In this document: positions 1 to 8,601 of the stretch, one piece after another | How the letters are laid out: every line of letters starts with the position of its first letter | Numbering within the stretch: position 1 is the stretch's first letter | Origin: an uncultured Clostridium sp. | GTDB taxonomy: Bacteria > Bacillota > Clostridia > TANB77 > CAG-508 | NCBI GenBank assembly: GCA_946548575.1 | Contig: CAMNPT010000002.1 | Span: 1,165 to 65,164, forward strand | Reading direction: 5' to 3' | DNA: 64,000 nt | The notes under the pieces: generated by a model | What the model was told of the DNA's origin: nothing | Seen by the model: only the letters and a program-made list of their open reading frames with translations | The model's database searches: none | Position numbers and translations under genes: made by a program

Positions 1-287
1 GTAAAAAAACCTTTTTCTTTTATTTCATCAGTTGAATATAATTCTACTTCTTCTCTTTTACTTAATAGTTCCTCTATAGTATAATCTAATTTAGAATCAT
101 CTGATAAGGAATAATAAATCATAATGTCTCCCAGATAAGCACACATTACGTCTATATCATTTCCCGAAAAATCTAAAAGTTTTTTCATAAAGTCTTTGTT
201 ATTTATTAATACTTGTATTTGATTTTTTTCTCTTTTTTTGCTAGTAATCATTTTATTTAATTTTGTTATGAAATATTTTATTTCCAT
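1..287 (-). CDS. hypothetical protein, N-terminal part only (gene runs off the left edge)
   Basis: Own minus-strand reading: ATG at 287-285 preceded by GAGGAA; open frame MEIKYFITKLNKMITSKKREKNQIQVL... continues to position 1. It is absent from the ORF track because no stop lies in the window. No recognisable domain. Confidence 0.4.
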   Translation of the reverse strand, partial: MEIKYFITKLNKMITSKKREKNQIQVLINNKDFMKKLLDFSGNDIDVMCAYLGDIMIYYSLSDDSKLDYTIEELLSKREEVELYSTDEIKEKGFF

Positions 288-448
288 ATTAAATCAAAAT
301 TCCTCATTTCTTAAACTCTTGTTAATTTTTTATTAACTTTCATATATCTTTTATTTTTGTTACAACAAACTACTAAGCCTTTCATATCGTATTAAATAAT
401 TGTTTTTAATATTTTATCATTTTTTTATATTTTTTTCAAGATTTTACC

Positions 449-468
449 ACTGTCACTAGACAGTGGAC
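449..468. repeat. perfect 8-bp inverted repeat CCACTGTC-ACTA-GACAGTGG (operator- or hairpin-like)
   Basis: Read directly. It sits just upstream of a TTGAAA-17-TAAAAT promoter-like sequence for the leftward gene at 1-287. Confidence 0.35.
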
Positions 469-521
469 ACTTTTTATTTTTCTTCAGTATTTTCAATGGT
501 TTTAGAGTTTCATTTTTATTC

Positions 522-576
522 TAGATACAAATTAGATACAAAAAATTTCTTCAATTTGTATCTAAATTTGTATCTA
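522..576. repeat. palindromic array of four GTATCTA motifs (TAGATACAAATTAGATACA ... TGTATCTAAATTTGTATCTA)
   Basis: Read directly: two motif copies per arm and a 16-nt AT-rich spacer. The same heptamer recurs at 786-809 and 3260-3304. Confidence 0.6.
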
Positions 577-628
577 ATTTCATTTTTCAAAATTCTTAAA
601 CATAGAAAAAAGCCCGAGAAATCGGACT

Positions 629-780
629 TTATTGATTTCTTCCATGACAATTTTTATACTTCTTACCACTTCCACATGGCTTTTAATCCTCGTGCTTTTG
701 CATAGTCATTTCTTCCGAAAACAGCCTAAATTCACCTTTTTGGTCCTAAACTTTCCATTAACTTTCTTGCTCATCCGGCG
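629..780 (-). pseudogene. decayed duplicate of the secA 3' end (SEC-C zinc-motif tail), with its own terminator at 605-628
   Basis: 642-679 matches secA 3354-3391 at 37 of 38 nt. The minus strand reads ..AVFGRND.. and, in another frame, [17 protein letters not shown]. Upstream similarity to the secA tail (GGACCAAAAA, GGAAGAAATGA) is broken by indels and stops. A hairpin GTCCGA-TTTC-TCGGGC plus T-run follows. Confidence 0.6.
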
Positions 781-785
781 CTCAG

Positions 786-809
786 GGTATCTAAAAAGGT
801 ATCTAAAAA
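786..809 (+). repeat. two tandem copies of the 12-mer GGTATCTAAAAA
   Basis: Read directly. Lies 17 nt beyond the stop of the 826-1716 gene. Confidence 0.7.
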
Positions 810-825
810 TCAGTATTATAAACCT

Positions 826-1716
826 TTATGTAACTTCAATTATATAAATTAAAAAATTTGAAAATGTTATAGAAGAGTTTACAAATAACTCTGCAATTGA
901 CTTATTAAGCTCTAATCTTTTATCCCCAACTCCATGTGAATCACTATTCTTATCTCTCATCTGTGAAATAGCAGTTAGGATTTTTTCAAATCCTGATAAT
1001 AATGTTTTTATTCTTATATCCAATTCATCATTTATATGCATCTTATATAAAACTTTAAATTGGTTATACAATGTATTAATATTTCCTTTTTCAGAAGGTT
1101 TACAATTTTTTTCTTCAATACCTTTAATTAGTATTTCTTCCAGTAATGTTCTTGATTTAGTTATTGCACTTTCATAATCTGTATTTTTTATTGCATTATA
1201 TGCTTCATTAGCAATTCTTTTTATATATGCTGAATCAACTTCTTCAATTTTGCTGGCAACCAATTCTATATTATTTTCAAAATCTACTATCGAAAACTGA
1301 TAAGATTGTAAATTATATTCAATATAACATTTGTCAAACGTCAAATATTTATTAATTGATTGGAATAAATTATTTACTATATCCCAGTACTTTTCTTGGA
1401 TTGATGAACCGAATCCATAAGTATAGCAATCATCAGCCAATTTTTCAAATCTTTTTATTTCTAATAACTCTTTAAAAAACAGATTTATTTTGTTATTCTC
1501 TATAATATAATCTAATAATCTATCCATATATTGCCATCTTGATAATTTTTCTTCATTATAGTTTTGAAGAAACCCTAATTTTTTTGAAAATTCGCATATT
1601 TGTATTCCTGACATGTATGGCATTTTCTCTTCTTCAAACATGTAACTTTGTACTGGGTTATCACCAATAAACAAATCAATTATCTTCCTATTTTTTAATA
1701 AATTCCAATTATTCAT
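826..1716 (-). CDS. Abi_C / HEPN-type abortive-infection-like protein (AbiJ-like C-terminal domain)
   Basis: 296-aa ORF. The C-terminal region carries an Rx4-6H HEPN-type motif (ISQMRDKNSDSHGVG) in a helical context, as I remember it from the Abi_C family. The N-terminal part is not recognised. Confidence 0.5.
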   Translation of the reverse strand: MNNWNLLKNRKIIDLFIGDNPVQSYMFEEEKMPYMSGIQICEFSKKLGFLQNYNEEKLSRWQYMDRLLDYIIENNKINLFFKELLEIKRFEKLADDCYTYGFGSSIQEKYWDIVNNLFQSINKYLTFDKCYIEYNLQSYQFSIVDFENNIELVASKIEEVDSAYIKRIANEAYNAIKNTDYESAITKSRTLLEEILIKGIEEKNCKPSEKGNINTLYNQFKVLYKMHINDELDIRIKTLLSGFEKILTAISQMRDKNSDSHGVGDKRLELNKSIAELFVNSSITFSNFLIYIIEVT

Positions 1717-1746
1717 CTCTAACCATCTCCAAAAATTTTTTTAGGT

Positions 1747-3099
1747 TTAAACTCCATTTTCTTCTAATATTCTCTTAATATCTCCATAGTTGTTTACAGT
1801 ATATTCAATCTCAATTAATGGTATTTCAAGTGTTTTGGCATAATCTTTTTTTAATTTATCATGGATTTGTTGTTTTTTGAATTGTTCTTCTCCACCAAAA
1901 TATTCAACTGACTGATAATGTTGCTTTCCTTGACATTCTATTAAACAATATGGTTCATTATTTTTATACACAATAAAATCATATGATAGCTGCATTTTAC
2001 CAGTTCCAATAAGATTTTCAAACTTTTTTTGACATTCATAATCTACTGTATTTATATAATTCTTCTCTTTAAAATATCTAATAACAAATTCTTCAAGTTT
2101 AGAATATTTCCAGCATCCACATGATTGAGTTCTACCATCCATCAATGGTGCAGCATGAACAGTTACTATATTACCACAATCACATTTACACTTAAATCTT
2201 ACATAACCCCTTTTTGAATTTTCAGCTCTTTCGATAACTACAAGTTTACCAAATCTTCTGCCACTAAGATCGTTAAAATGTGTATCACTTGCAACCTGGT
2301 CTTGATAACATCCACAAGATTGTGTATGTCCACTTTTTAATCCACTCGTACTAACTATGACTTCATTTCCACAGTCACATTTACATAACCAATGTGTTTT
2401 ATTATACTTTGACTCTACTTTTTTTATAACAACAAGCTTGTTAAATCTTTTCCCAATTAAATTTTCCGAAAAGTTATTTTTTATTACTTCTTTATGTAAG
2501 CACCCACATGATTTAGTTGATCCATAAATCAGATTATTGCCTGATGTGATTTTTTCATTGCCACAATCACATTTACATTTAAATTGAGTCCATCCATTTT
2601 TATCATCTAACTGTTCAACTACCAATAGCCTTCCGAATCTTTGACCAACCAGTTTTTTTCTATATCCTTTTCTTTTAACACTATCGTATGTATGACTTCT
2701 TAATTTGCATTGCTTACCACATGATTTTGTTTTTCCTGTTGTAACATTTGATAAATAACATTCAACCTCATTTCCGCAGTCACATTTAAATAACCATCTT
2801 GTTTGGCCATTTTTATTTTCTACCTTTCTTATTCCAATCAAATTACCAAATCTTTCGCCTGTTACATCTCTCTGTAATTTTTTTCTTCCATCTGCTCTTG
2901 CACAACCACATGATGTAGTATGATTTCTTGTTAAATTTAAACCCATTACATCTACTTCATTACCACATTCACATTTGCAATGCCAAGTTAATCTACTATT
3001 TCCATTTTTTGATATATGATTTTCCGTTTGATATAAAACAGTTAATTTTCCAAATTTTTTTCCTACTAAATCAATTCTTCTTGTCACTTTAATTTTCAC
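1747..3099 (-). CDS. protein with five tandem Cys-rich zinc-ribbon modules and a C-terminal PD-(D/E)XK / DUF559-like nuclease-fold domain
   Basis: 450-aa ORF. It has five repeats of G-x-[RK]-F-[GN]-x-L-x-[VI]...W-x-C-K-C-[DE]-C-G-N...[ST]-x-S-C-G-[CK]. The tail ...LSYDFIVYKNNEPYCLIECQGKQHY...FGGEEQF...DKLKKDY... resembles Vsr/DUF559-type endonuclease folds. The true start may be GTG at 3087 (GAGGTG 9 nt upstream). Confidence 0.55.
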   Translation of the reverse strand: MKIKVTRRIDLVGKKFGKLTVLYQTENHISKNGNSRLTWHCKCECGNEVDVMGLNLTRNHTTSCGCARADGRKKLQRDVTGERFGNLIGIRKVENKNGQTRWLFKCDCGNEVECYLSNVTTGKTKSCGKQCKLRSHTYDSVKRKGYRKKLVGQRFGRLLVVEQLDDKNGWTQFKCKCDCGNEKITSGNNLIYGSTKSCGCLHKEVIKNNFSENLIGKRFNKLVVIKKVESKYNKTHWLCKCDCGNEVIVSTSGLKSGHTQSCGCYQDQVASDTHFNDLSGRRFGKLVVIERAENSKRGYVRFKCKCDCGNIVTVHAAPLMDGRTQSCGCWKYSKLEEFVIRYFKEKNYINTVDYECQKKFENLIGTGKMQLSYDFIVYKNNEPYCLIECQGKQHYQSVEYFGGEEQFKKQQIHDKLKKDYAKTLEIPLIEIEYTVNNYGDIKRILEENGV

Positions 3100-3259
3100 C
3101 TCTTTTTTTATCTCACCTGCTAATTACATCGGCAACATTATATCACAAATGTTAATATTTTGCCACTTAGGTTTGTTTTTTTAGTGACCTATGTCACTTG
3201 GACATTGGTACATAGTTGATGAAACGCTTGCAATAAAAGGCTTTTAAGTTGTAAAAATG

Positions 3260-3304
3260 TTTTTAGATACCCTCACGGAAGGTATTTAAAAAGGTATCTA
3301 AAAA
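3260..3304. repeat. three GGTATCTAAAAA-type 12-mers (one inverted, one degenerate, one exact)
   Basis: TTTTTAGATACC at 3260-3271, GGTATTTAAAAA at 3281-3292 and GGTATCTAAAAA at 3293-3304, immediately downstream of the secA terminator. Confidence 0.65.
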
Positions 3305-3313
3305 AAAATCGGT

Positions 3314-3340
3314 ATAAAAAAAGCCCTTAATTTAAGGGCT
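3314..3340 (-). terminator. rho-independent terminator of secA
   Basis: Hairpin AGCCCTTA-ATT-TAAGGGCT abuts the secA stop and is followed by a T-run on the minus strand. Confidence 0.8.
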
Positions 3341-6097
3341 TTACGCGTTTTTACCATGACAATTTTTATATTTCTTACCACTTCCACATGGACAAGGATC
3401 ATTTCTTCCTATTTTTGGTCCTTCATTTCTTACAGTTCTATCTACATCTGTTCCAATTTTAGAACCACCATCCACACTATGAATTGCCTCAAGTGCAGCA
3501 CCTGTAATTCTCACAGTCTCTTGTCTTCTAGCTTCTCCTTGTTCTCTAATATGCATTAAAATTTTTGTTACATCAAATTTGATATCGTTTATCATTTCAT
3601 CAAACATATCAAATCCCTCTAAACGAAATTCAATAACAGGATCTCTTTGAGCATATCCACGAAGACCGATTCCATTTTTTAGTTCATCCATATTATCAAT
3701 ATGCTCCATCCATTTTTCATCAACAACCTTAAGCATTACAACTCTTTCAAGTTCTCTCATTTGTTCAGAAGTTATTTCTTTCTCTTTTTCATCAAATATA
3801 TTATGAGCTTTATTTTTTAGTTCATCAGCAATTGCTATAGAATTACTAGAATTTTCTTTTATAAAGTTTTTCATATCAATTCCAAATGTATTATTTATTT
3901 CTGTATCTAAAGCTTCTATATTTAATTCTCCATTTTCTCCTTCAACATACATTTGAGGAATTGAATCTGCTACAAAATCTATCATATCCATTACACTTGA
4001 ATGAATATCTTCTCCATCTAAAACTTGTCTTCTTTGTCCATAAATAATTTCTCTTTGTGCATTCATAACATCATCATATTTTAATACATTTTTACGAGTA
4101 CTGAAGTTTCTACTTTCTACTTTCTTTTGAGCATTTTCTACTGCATTAGATATCATTCTAGAAGCTATTGGCATATCTTCATCTGCACCTAATGAATTAT
4201 ATACCTTAGTAATCATATCTCCACCAAATATTTTCATTAAGTCATCATCTAATCCAATATAAAATCTTGATTCACCAATATCTCCTTGACGTCCTGCACG
4301 TCCTCTTAACTGATTATCAATTCTTCTTGATTCATGTCTTTCTGTACCAATGATTTTTAGACCACCAGCTTCAATTACTTTCTTCTTTTCTTCTTCAATT
4401 TCTTTATCATATTTCTTAACTAAATTTCTGAATTTTTCTCTAGCATTTAAAATATCCTTATCATCAGTTTCATAATACGTATTTGCTTCTTCAATTAATT
4501 CTTGTGAAAGATTTGAATTTCTCATTTCTTCTTTTGCTAAGAATTCACTATTTCCACCAAGCATAATATCTGTACCACGTCCAGCCATGTTTGTAGCAAT
4601 TGTAACTGCACCAAATTTTCCGGCTTGTGCAACAATTTCAGCTTCTTTTTCATGATACTTAGCATTTAAAACTTCATGTTTTATACCTTCCCTTTTTAAT
4701 AACCCTGAAAGTTTTTCAGATTTTTCAATTGATACTGTACCTACCAATACAGGTTGACCTTTTTTGTTGCTTTCTTTGATACTTTCAACAATTGCTCTAT
4801 ATTTTGCATCCTCATTTTTGTATATAACATCATTTTCATCTTTACGAATCATTGGTTTATTTGTTGGTATTGCAACAACATCTAAATTGTATATTTCCTC
4901 AAATTCAGCTTCTTCTGTCATAGCAGTACCTGTCATACCAGATAATTTGTTATACATTCTGAAAAGATTTTGGAAAGTGATTGTTGCAAGTGTTTTTGAT
5001 TCATCTGCTATTTTTACTTTTTCTTTTGCTTCTATTGCTTGATGTAATCCATTATTATATCTTCTACCATACATAATACGACCTGTAAATTCATCAACAA
5101 TTAATACTTCTCCATCTTTTACTATATAATCAATATCTTTTTTCATAACACCATAAGCACGTAATGATTGATTAACATGATGAACTAAAGTTGAATTTTC
5201 TAGGTCATTAAAATTCTCTAATCCAAATGTTTCCTCTGCTTTTTTTATTCCCTTACCAGTTAATGATGCTGATTTTGCTTTTAAATCTACTATATAGTCA
5301 TAATTTTCATTATCTTCTGCTTGTTCAAAATCTTTTACATCTTCTTCTACAATTACTTTAGGTGTTAATTTTCTAACAAAACTGTCAGCTTTTTTATACA
5401 AATCTGATGATTCATTTGCTCTACCAGAAATTATCAATGGTGTACGAGCTTCATCTATCAAAATACTATCAATTTCGTCTACTATTGCATAATTTAATCC
5501 TCTTTGAACTAATTGGTCTTTATAAATTACCATATTATCTCTTAAGTAATCAAATCCAAATTCATTATTAGTTCCATAAGTAATATCACTATTATAAGCT
5601 TCTTGTTTCTCTTTAGGTTCCATTCCTGCTATAACTAGTCCTACAGAAAGACCTAAAAATTTATATAATTTACCCATCCACTCGCTATCTCTTTTAGCTA
5701 AGTAATCATTTACAGTTATTACATGAACACCTTTTCCTTCTAAGGCATTTAAGTAAACTGGTAATGTGGCAACTAATGTTTTACCTTCTCCAGTTTTCAT
5801 TTCGGCAATTCTACCTTGATGTAAAATAATACCACCTATAATTTGTACATCAAAATGTCTCATACCTAAAACTCTCTTTGAAGCTTCTCTAACAACAGCA
5901 AATGCTTCTGGTAAAATATCATCTAATGTTTTACCCTCTTCTAATTGTTTTTTAAAATAGTCTGTCTTTTCTCTTAGTTCATGATCTGTTAATTTTTCCA
6001 TTTCAGGTTCAAGGCTATTTACCTTTTCTAATAATGGTTTTACTCTTTTTACTTCTTTTTCACTATAAGATTTAAATATTTTATTTAATACACTCAT
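3341..6097 (-). CDS. secA: preprotein translocase ATPase SecA
   Basis: 918-aa ORF with motor motifs ([29 protein letters not shown]), the C-terminal SEC-C motif [14 protein letters not shown] and an AGGAAGGA RBS. Confidence 0.97.
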   Translation of the reverse strand: MSVLNKIFKSYSEKEVKRVKPLLEKVNSLEPEMEKLTDHELREKTDYFKKQLEEGKTLDDILPEAFAVVREASKRVLGMRHFDVQIIGGIILHQGRIAEMKTGEGKTLVATLPVYLNALEGKGVHVITVNDYLAKRDSEWMGKLYKFLGLSVGLVIAGMEPKEKQEAYNSDITYGTNNEFGFDYLRDNMVIYKDQLVQRGLNYAIVDEIDSILIDEARTPLIISGRANESSDLYKKADSFVRKLTPKVIVEEDVKDFEQAEDNENYDYIVDLKAKSASLTGKGIKKAEETFGLENFNDLENSTLVHHVNQSLRAYGVMKKDIDYIVKDGEVLIVDEFTGRIMYGRRYNNGLHQAIEAKEKVKIADESKTLATITFQNLFRMYNKLSGMTGTAMTEEAEFEEIYNLDVVAIPTNKPMIRKDENDVIYKNEDAKYRAIVESIKESNKKGQPVLVGTVSIEKSEKLSGLLKREGIKHEVLNAKYHEKEAEIVAQAGKFGAVTIATNMAGRGTDIMLGGNSEFLAKEEMRNSNLSQELIEEANTYYETDDKDILNAREKFRNLVKKYDKEIEEEKKKVIEAGGLKIIGTERHESRRIDNQLRGRAGRQGDIGESRFYIGLDDDLMKIFGGDMITKVYNSLGADEDMPIASRMISNAVENAQKKVESRNFSTRKNVLKYDDVMNAQREIIYGQRRQVLDGEDIHSSVMDMIDFVADSIPQMYVEGENGELNIEALDTEINNTFGIDMKNFIKENSSNSIAIADELKNKAHNIFDEKEKEITSEQMRELERVVMLKVVDEKWMEHIDNMDELKNGIGLRGYAQRDPVIEFRLEGFDMFDEMINDIKFDVTKILMHIREQGEARRQETVRITGAALEAIHSVDGGSKIGTDVDRTVRNEGPKIGRNDPCPCGSGKKYKNCHGKNA

Positions 6098-6339
6098 TTA
6101 TATTCAATCCTTCCTAATGTATAATACTTTGTTAATATATCATTAAAATTGCTTTTTTTCAAGTCATTTTAAAAATTATTTTTATATATTTAAAAAATCA
6201 TTAGAATGGGGAAATTGAAGAAAATTTATATATTAACCACGCTAGCAGGACTTATAATAGCAAATTATGAATTAATATATAAGTTCTAAGAAAAATTTAA
6301 ATTTAATATACTTAAATAAAAAAGAAATGAGGAAAATTT

Positions 6340-6888
6340 ATGTTTATATATAATTTCAAAATAAATGGAAGCAAAGTTTTTAAATGGATTTTTTCATTAA
6401 TGATTTTAATATTAATTTTTATTGTTGCAATTGTAATTTTTAAAATATTTAATGGTGCAAATAAAACAAACAAAGACTCCTCTTGCCTACCATCTAACAA
6501 AGTTTGTAAAATTGATTCAAGTAATTATACAAATATTTTAAAATGTGTACATGAAAATATAGACGACTATATTGGTACAAAAATTAATTTTACAGGTTAT
6601 GTATATAGAGTTCTAGATTTAGATGATAATCAATTTATATTAGCTAGAGATATGATAATTTCATCAGATTTTAAAAGTGTTGTAGTTGGTTTTTTGTGTG
6701 AAGCAGATAATGCAAAAGATTTTAAAGAAGATACTTGGATTGAAATAACAGGTGAAATTATAAAAGGCAATTACCATGGTGATATGCCTATTGTTAAAAT
6801 TACAAATATTAATCAAATTAATAAACCTAATGATGAATATGTTTATCCACCTGATGAAAGTTATATTCCAACAAATGGCATCTTGTAA
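6340..6888 (+). CDS. membrane-anchored protein, DUF1980/TIGR03943-like C-terminal domain
   Basis: 182-aa ORF with a GAGGAAA RBS and one N-terminal TM helix. The C-terminal pattern (GYVYR..FILARDMI..CEADN) recalls DUF1980. Confidence 0.45.
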   Translation: MFIYNFKINGSKVFKWIFSLMILILIFIVAIVIFKIFNGANKTNKDSSCLPSNKVCKIDSSNYTNILKCVHENIDDYIGTKINFTGYVYRVLDLDDNQFILARDMIISSDFKSVVVGFLCEADNAKDFKEDTWIEITGEIIKGNYHGDMPIVKITNINQINKPNDEYVYPPDESYIPTNGIL

Positions 6889-6936
6889 AATATCTAAAAA
6901 TATTATATAATTTCTTCTAAATAAGGAGGTTTTTAT

Positions 6937-7818
6937 ATGATAGATTTACATATTCATTCAAAATATTCTTTTGATGGTTCAGATAACATAGAAACCATTT
7001 TAAAAAAAGCTGAGGAAGCTAATTTAGAAATAATATCAATTACAGATCACAATAATACAGATGCATATAATGAATTGGAAAAAATTAAAATATCTGATTA
7101 CTATTCTGGCAAAATAATTGCTGGTATAGAAATGAATACTAAAGTTGAAAATATACCTATAGAAATATTAGGTTACAATTTAGATTATAAAAAAATGAAT
7201 CAAATAGCTTATCAAAATATTCTTTCTCCTGAAGAAAGAACTAAAGTTGAATTTGAAAGGCTTGTTGATAAATGCATAAAATTCGGAATTCAATTAGATA
7301 AAAGTGAATTAAATAATTTTGACTATAGTGAATTTGCATCTGGTTTTATACATAGAAATATCAAAAAATATGAAGAAAATAAATCAAAAATTAACGAACG
7401 CTCTTGGAATTCTGCTAGAGATTTTTATAGAGATTATATGTCTAACCCATCAACTCCATTATATGTTGAAATGGATGATTTAGTACCTGATTTAGATACA
7501 GCAATAGATATGATACAACAAGCAAATGGTCTTGTTTTTATCCCACATATATATGAATACAGAGAAAATACTCCAAAAGTATTAAATAAATTATTAGAAA
7601 ATAAAAATATAAGTGGATTTGAGTGTTATTACACAACTTTCACAAATGAACAGCAAAATTATATGCTAAATTTATGTAATCAAAAAAAATATTTTATTTC
7701 CGGAGGAGCAGATTATCATGGTGCTAAAAAACCAGATGTAAAATTAGGATTTGGTTTCGGAAATTTAGAAATTCCAAGCAATATAGTAAATAGCTGGGGA
7801 AAATTTGTTTACTTTTAA
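6937..7818 (+). CDS. PHP-domain (histidinol-phosphatase-like) metal-dependent phosphoesterase
   Basis: 293-aa ORF with an AAGGAGG RBS, the N-terminal MIDLHIHSKYSFDGS PHP signature and a later ..GGADYHG.. motif. Confidence 0.75.
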   Translation: MIDLHIHSKYSFDGSDNIETILKKAEEANLEIISITDHNNTDAYNELEKIKISDYYSGKIIAGIEMNTKVENIPIEILGYNLDYKKMNQIAYQNILSPEERTKVEFERLVDKCIKFGIQLDKSELNNFDYSEFASGFIHRNIKKYEENKSKINERSWNSARDFYRDYMSNPSTPLYVEMDDLVPDLDTAIDMIQQANGLVFIPHIYEYRENTPKVLNKLLENKNISGFECYYTTFTNEQQNYMLNLCNQKKYFISGGADYHGAKKPDVKLGFGFGNLEIPSNIVNSWGKFVYF

Positions 7819-7892
7819 TATAAATTATGGTATAATATAGTTATGGAAACCGTTTTACAAGCAATTTAACTCAATGAAAGAGAGGATACATT

Positions 7893-8549
7893 ATGAAAAA
7901 GACAAATTTAAATCTCAAAAAACATTTATACATAGTAATTACTGGCTTGGACGGAGCCGGAAAAACTACGCTTATTGACGACTTAGAAAAGTTTTTTTCT
8001 AGCAAAGGTCTTAAGGTCAAAACAGCTCATTCTCCGTATGATGAGCACCTTCGATATGAAGTGCTTCCTGCTTTAGGAAATGATAGTCATGGTGACAGAC
8101 TTCTGTTTGCATTAGACAATCATATTCTTGGAGCAAAAATCCGGGAATGGCTTGTAGACTATGATATCGTAATAACACAGCGTGGTCCATTTGACAGTTT
8201 TGTTCATGGACAGGTTCAGGGTTTTACGTATGCAGAAGTCGAAAGACTTAATTGTACCAAATCCCTTCCAGCTGCAGATATCATGGTTCACCTTTGCGCT
8301 AGTGCTGAAATTGCATTTGAGCGCATTAAGAATGATCCAGACGCAGATAAATTTGAATATCTTTCCTATATCGTTGAACAGGAAAAAATGACACGTAAAG
8401 GATATTCAGATTTGGTTCTTAAAAAAGACCCTGCTCTTTCGTCATTCTTTGGAACTAGAAATCTTTTTGTGGATACGACTGATTTTACAACAAAGGATAC
8501 CTTTGATTATGTGATTCATCGTCTACTCAAAATCATTCGCGAAAAATAA
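7893..8549 (+). CDS. thymidylate-kinase-like P-loop nucleotide kinase (compositionally atypical)
   Basis: 218-aa ORF with Walker A ITGLDGAGKTTL and Tmk-like DRLLFALDNH / ITQRGPFDS motifs. G+C is visibly higher than in the neighbours, and it contains one in-frame CGG at 8142-8144. Confidence 0.6.
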   Translation: MKKTNLNLKKHLYIVITGLDGAGKTTLIDDLEKFFSSKGLKVKTAHSPYDEHLRYEVLPALGNDSHGDRLLFALDNHILGAKIREWLVDYDIVITQRGPFDSFVHGQVQGFTYAEVERLNCTKSLPAADIMVHLCASAEIAFERIKNDPDADKFEYLSYIVEQEKMTRKGYSDLVLKKDPALSSFFGTRNLFVDTTDFTTKDTFDYVIHRLLKIIREK

Positions 8550-8567
8550 GTAGTTTTTCCAAAGGGG

Positions 8568-8601
8568 GCAACATTCTTACTTAGAATGTTGCTTATTTTT
8601 T
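8568..8601. terminator. bidirectional rho-independent terminator
   Basis: Hairpin GCAACATTCT-TACTT-AGAATGTTGC followed by TTATTTTTT, between convergent genes. Confidence 0.8.

Noticed and set aside
463-847. Plus-strand ORFs 463-705 and 632-847 from the ORF track
   Set aside because: They have no RBS and low-complexity hydrophobic translations. They lie over the GTATCTA palindromes and the decayed secA-tail copy, which explains the sequence better.
3356-5042. Plus-strand ORFs antisense to secA (3356-3559, 4764-5042), and the many similar 60-140-aa antisense ORFs inside hydA, hydB, uvrB, relA, recJ, fhs, uvrA, the ABC genes and nrdD
   Set aside because: Each lies entirely within a long, well-supported gene on the opposite strand. 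Their translations are Leu/Ile/Phe/Ser-rich, as expected for the antisense of AT-rich coding DNA, and none has an RBS.
6206-6289. 27-codon ORF (MGKLKKIYILTTLAGLIIANYELIYKF) upstream of the 6340 gene
   Set aside because: It has no convincing RBS and is too short to support without expression or conservation data.
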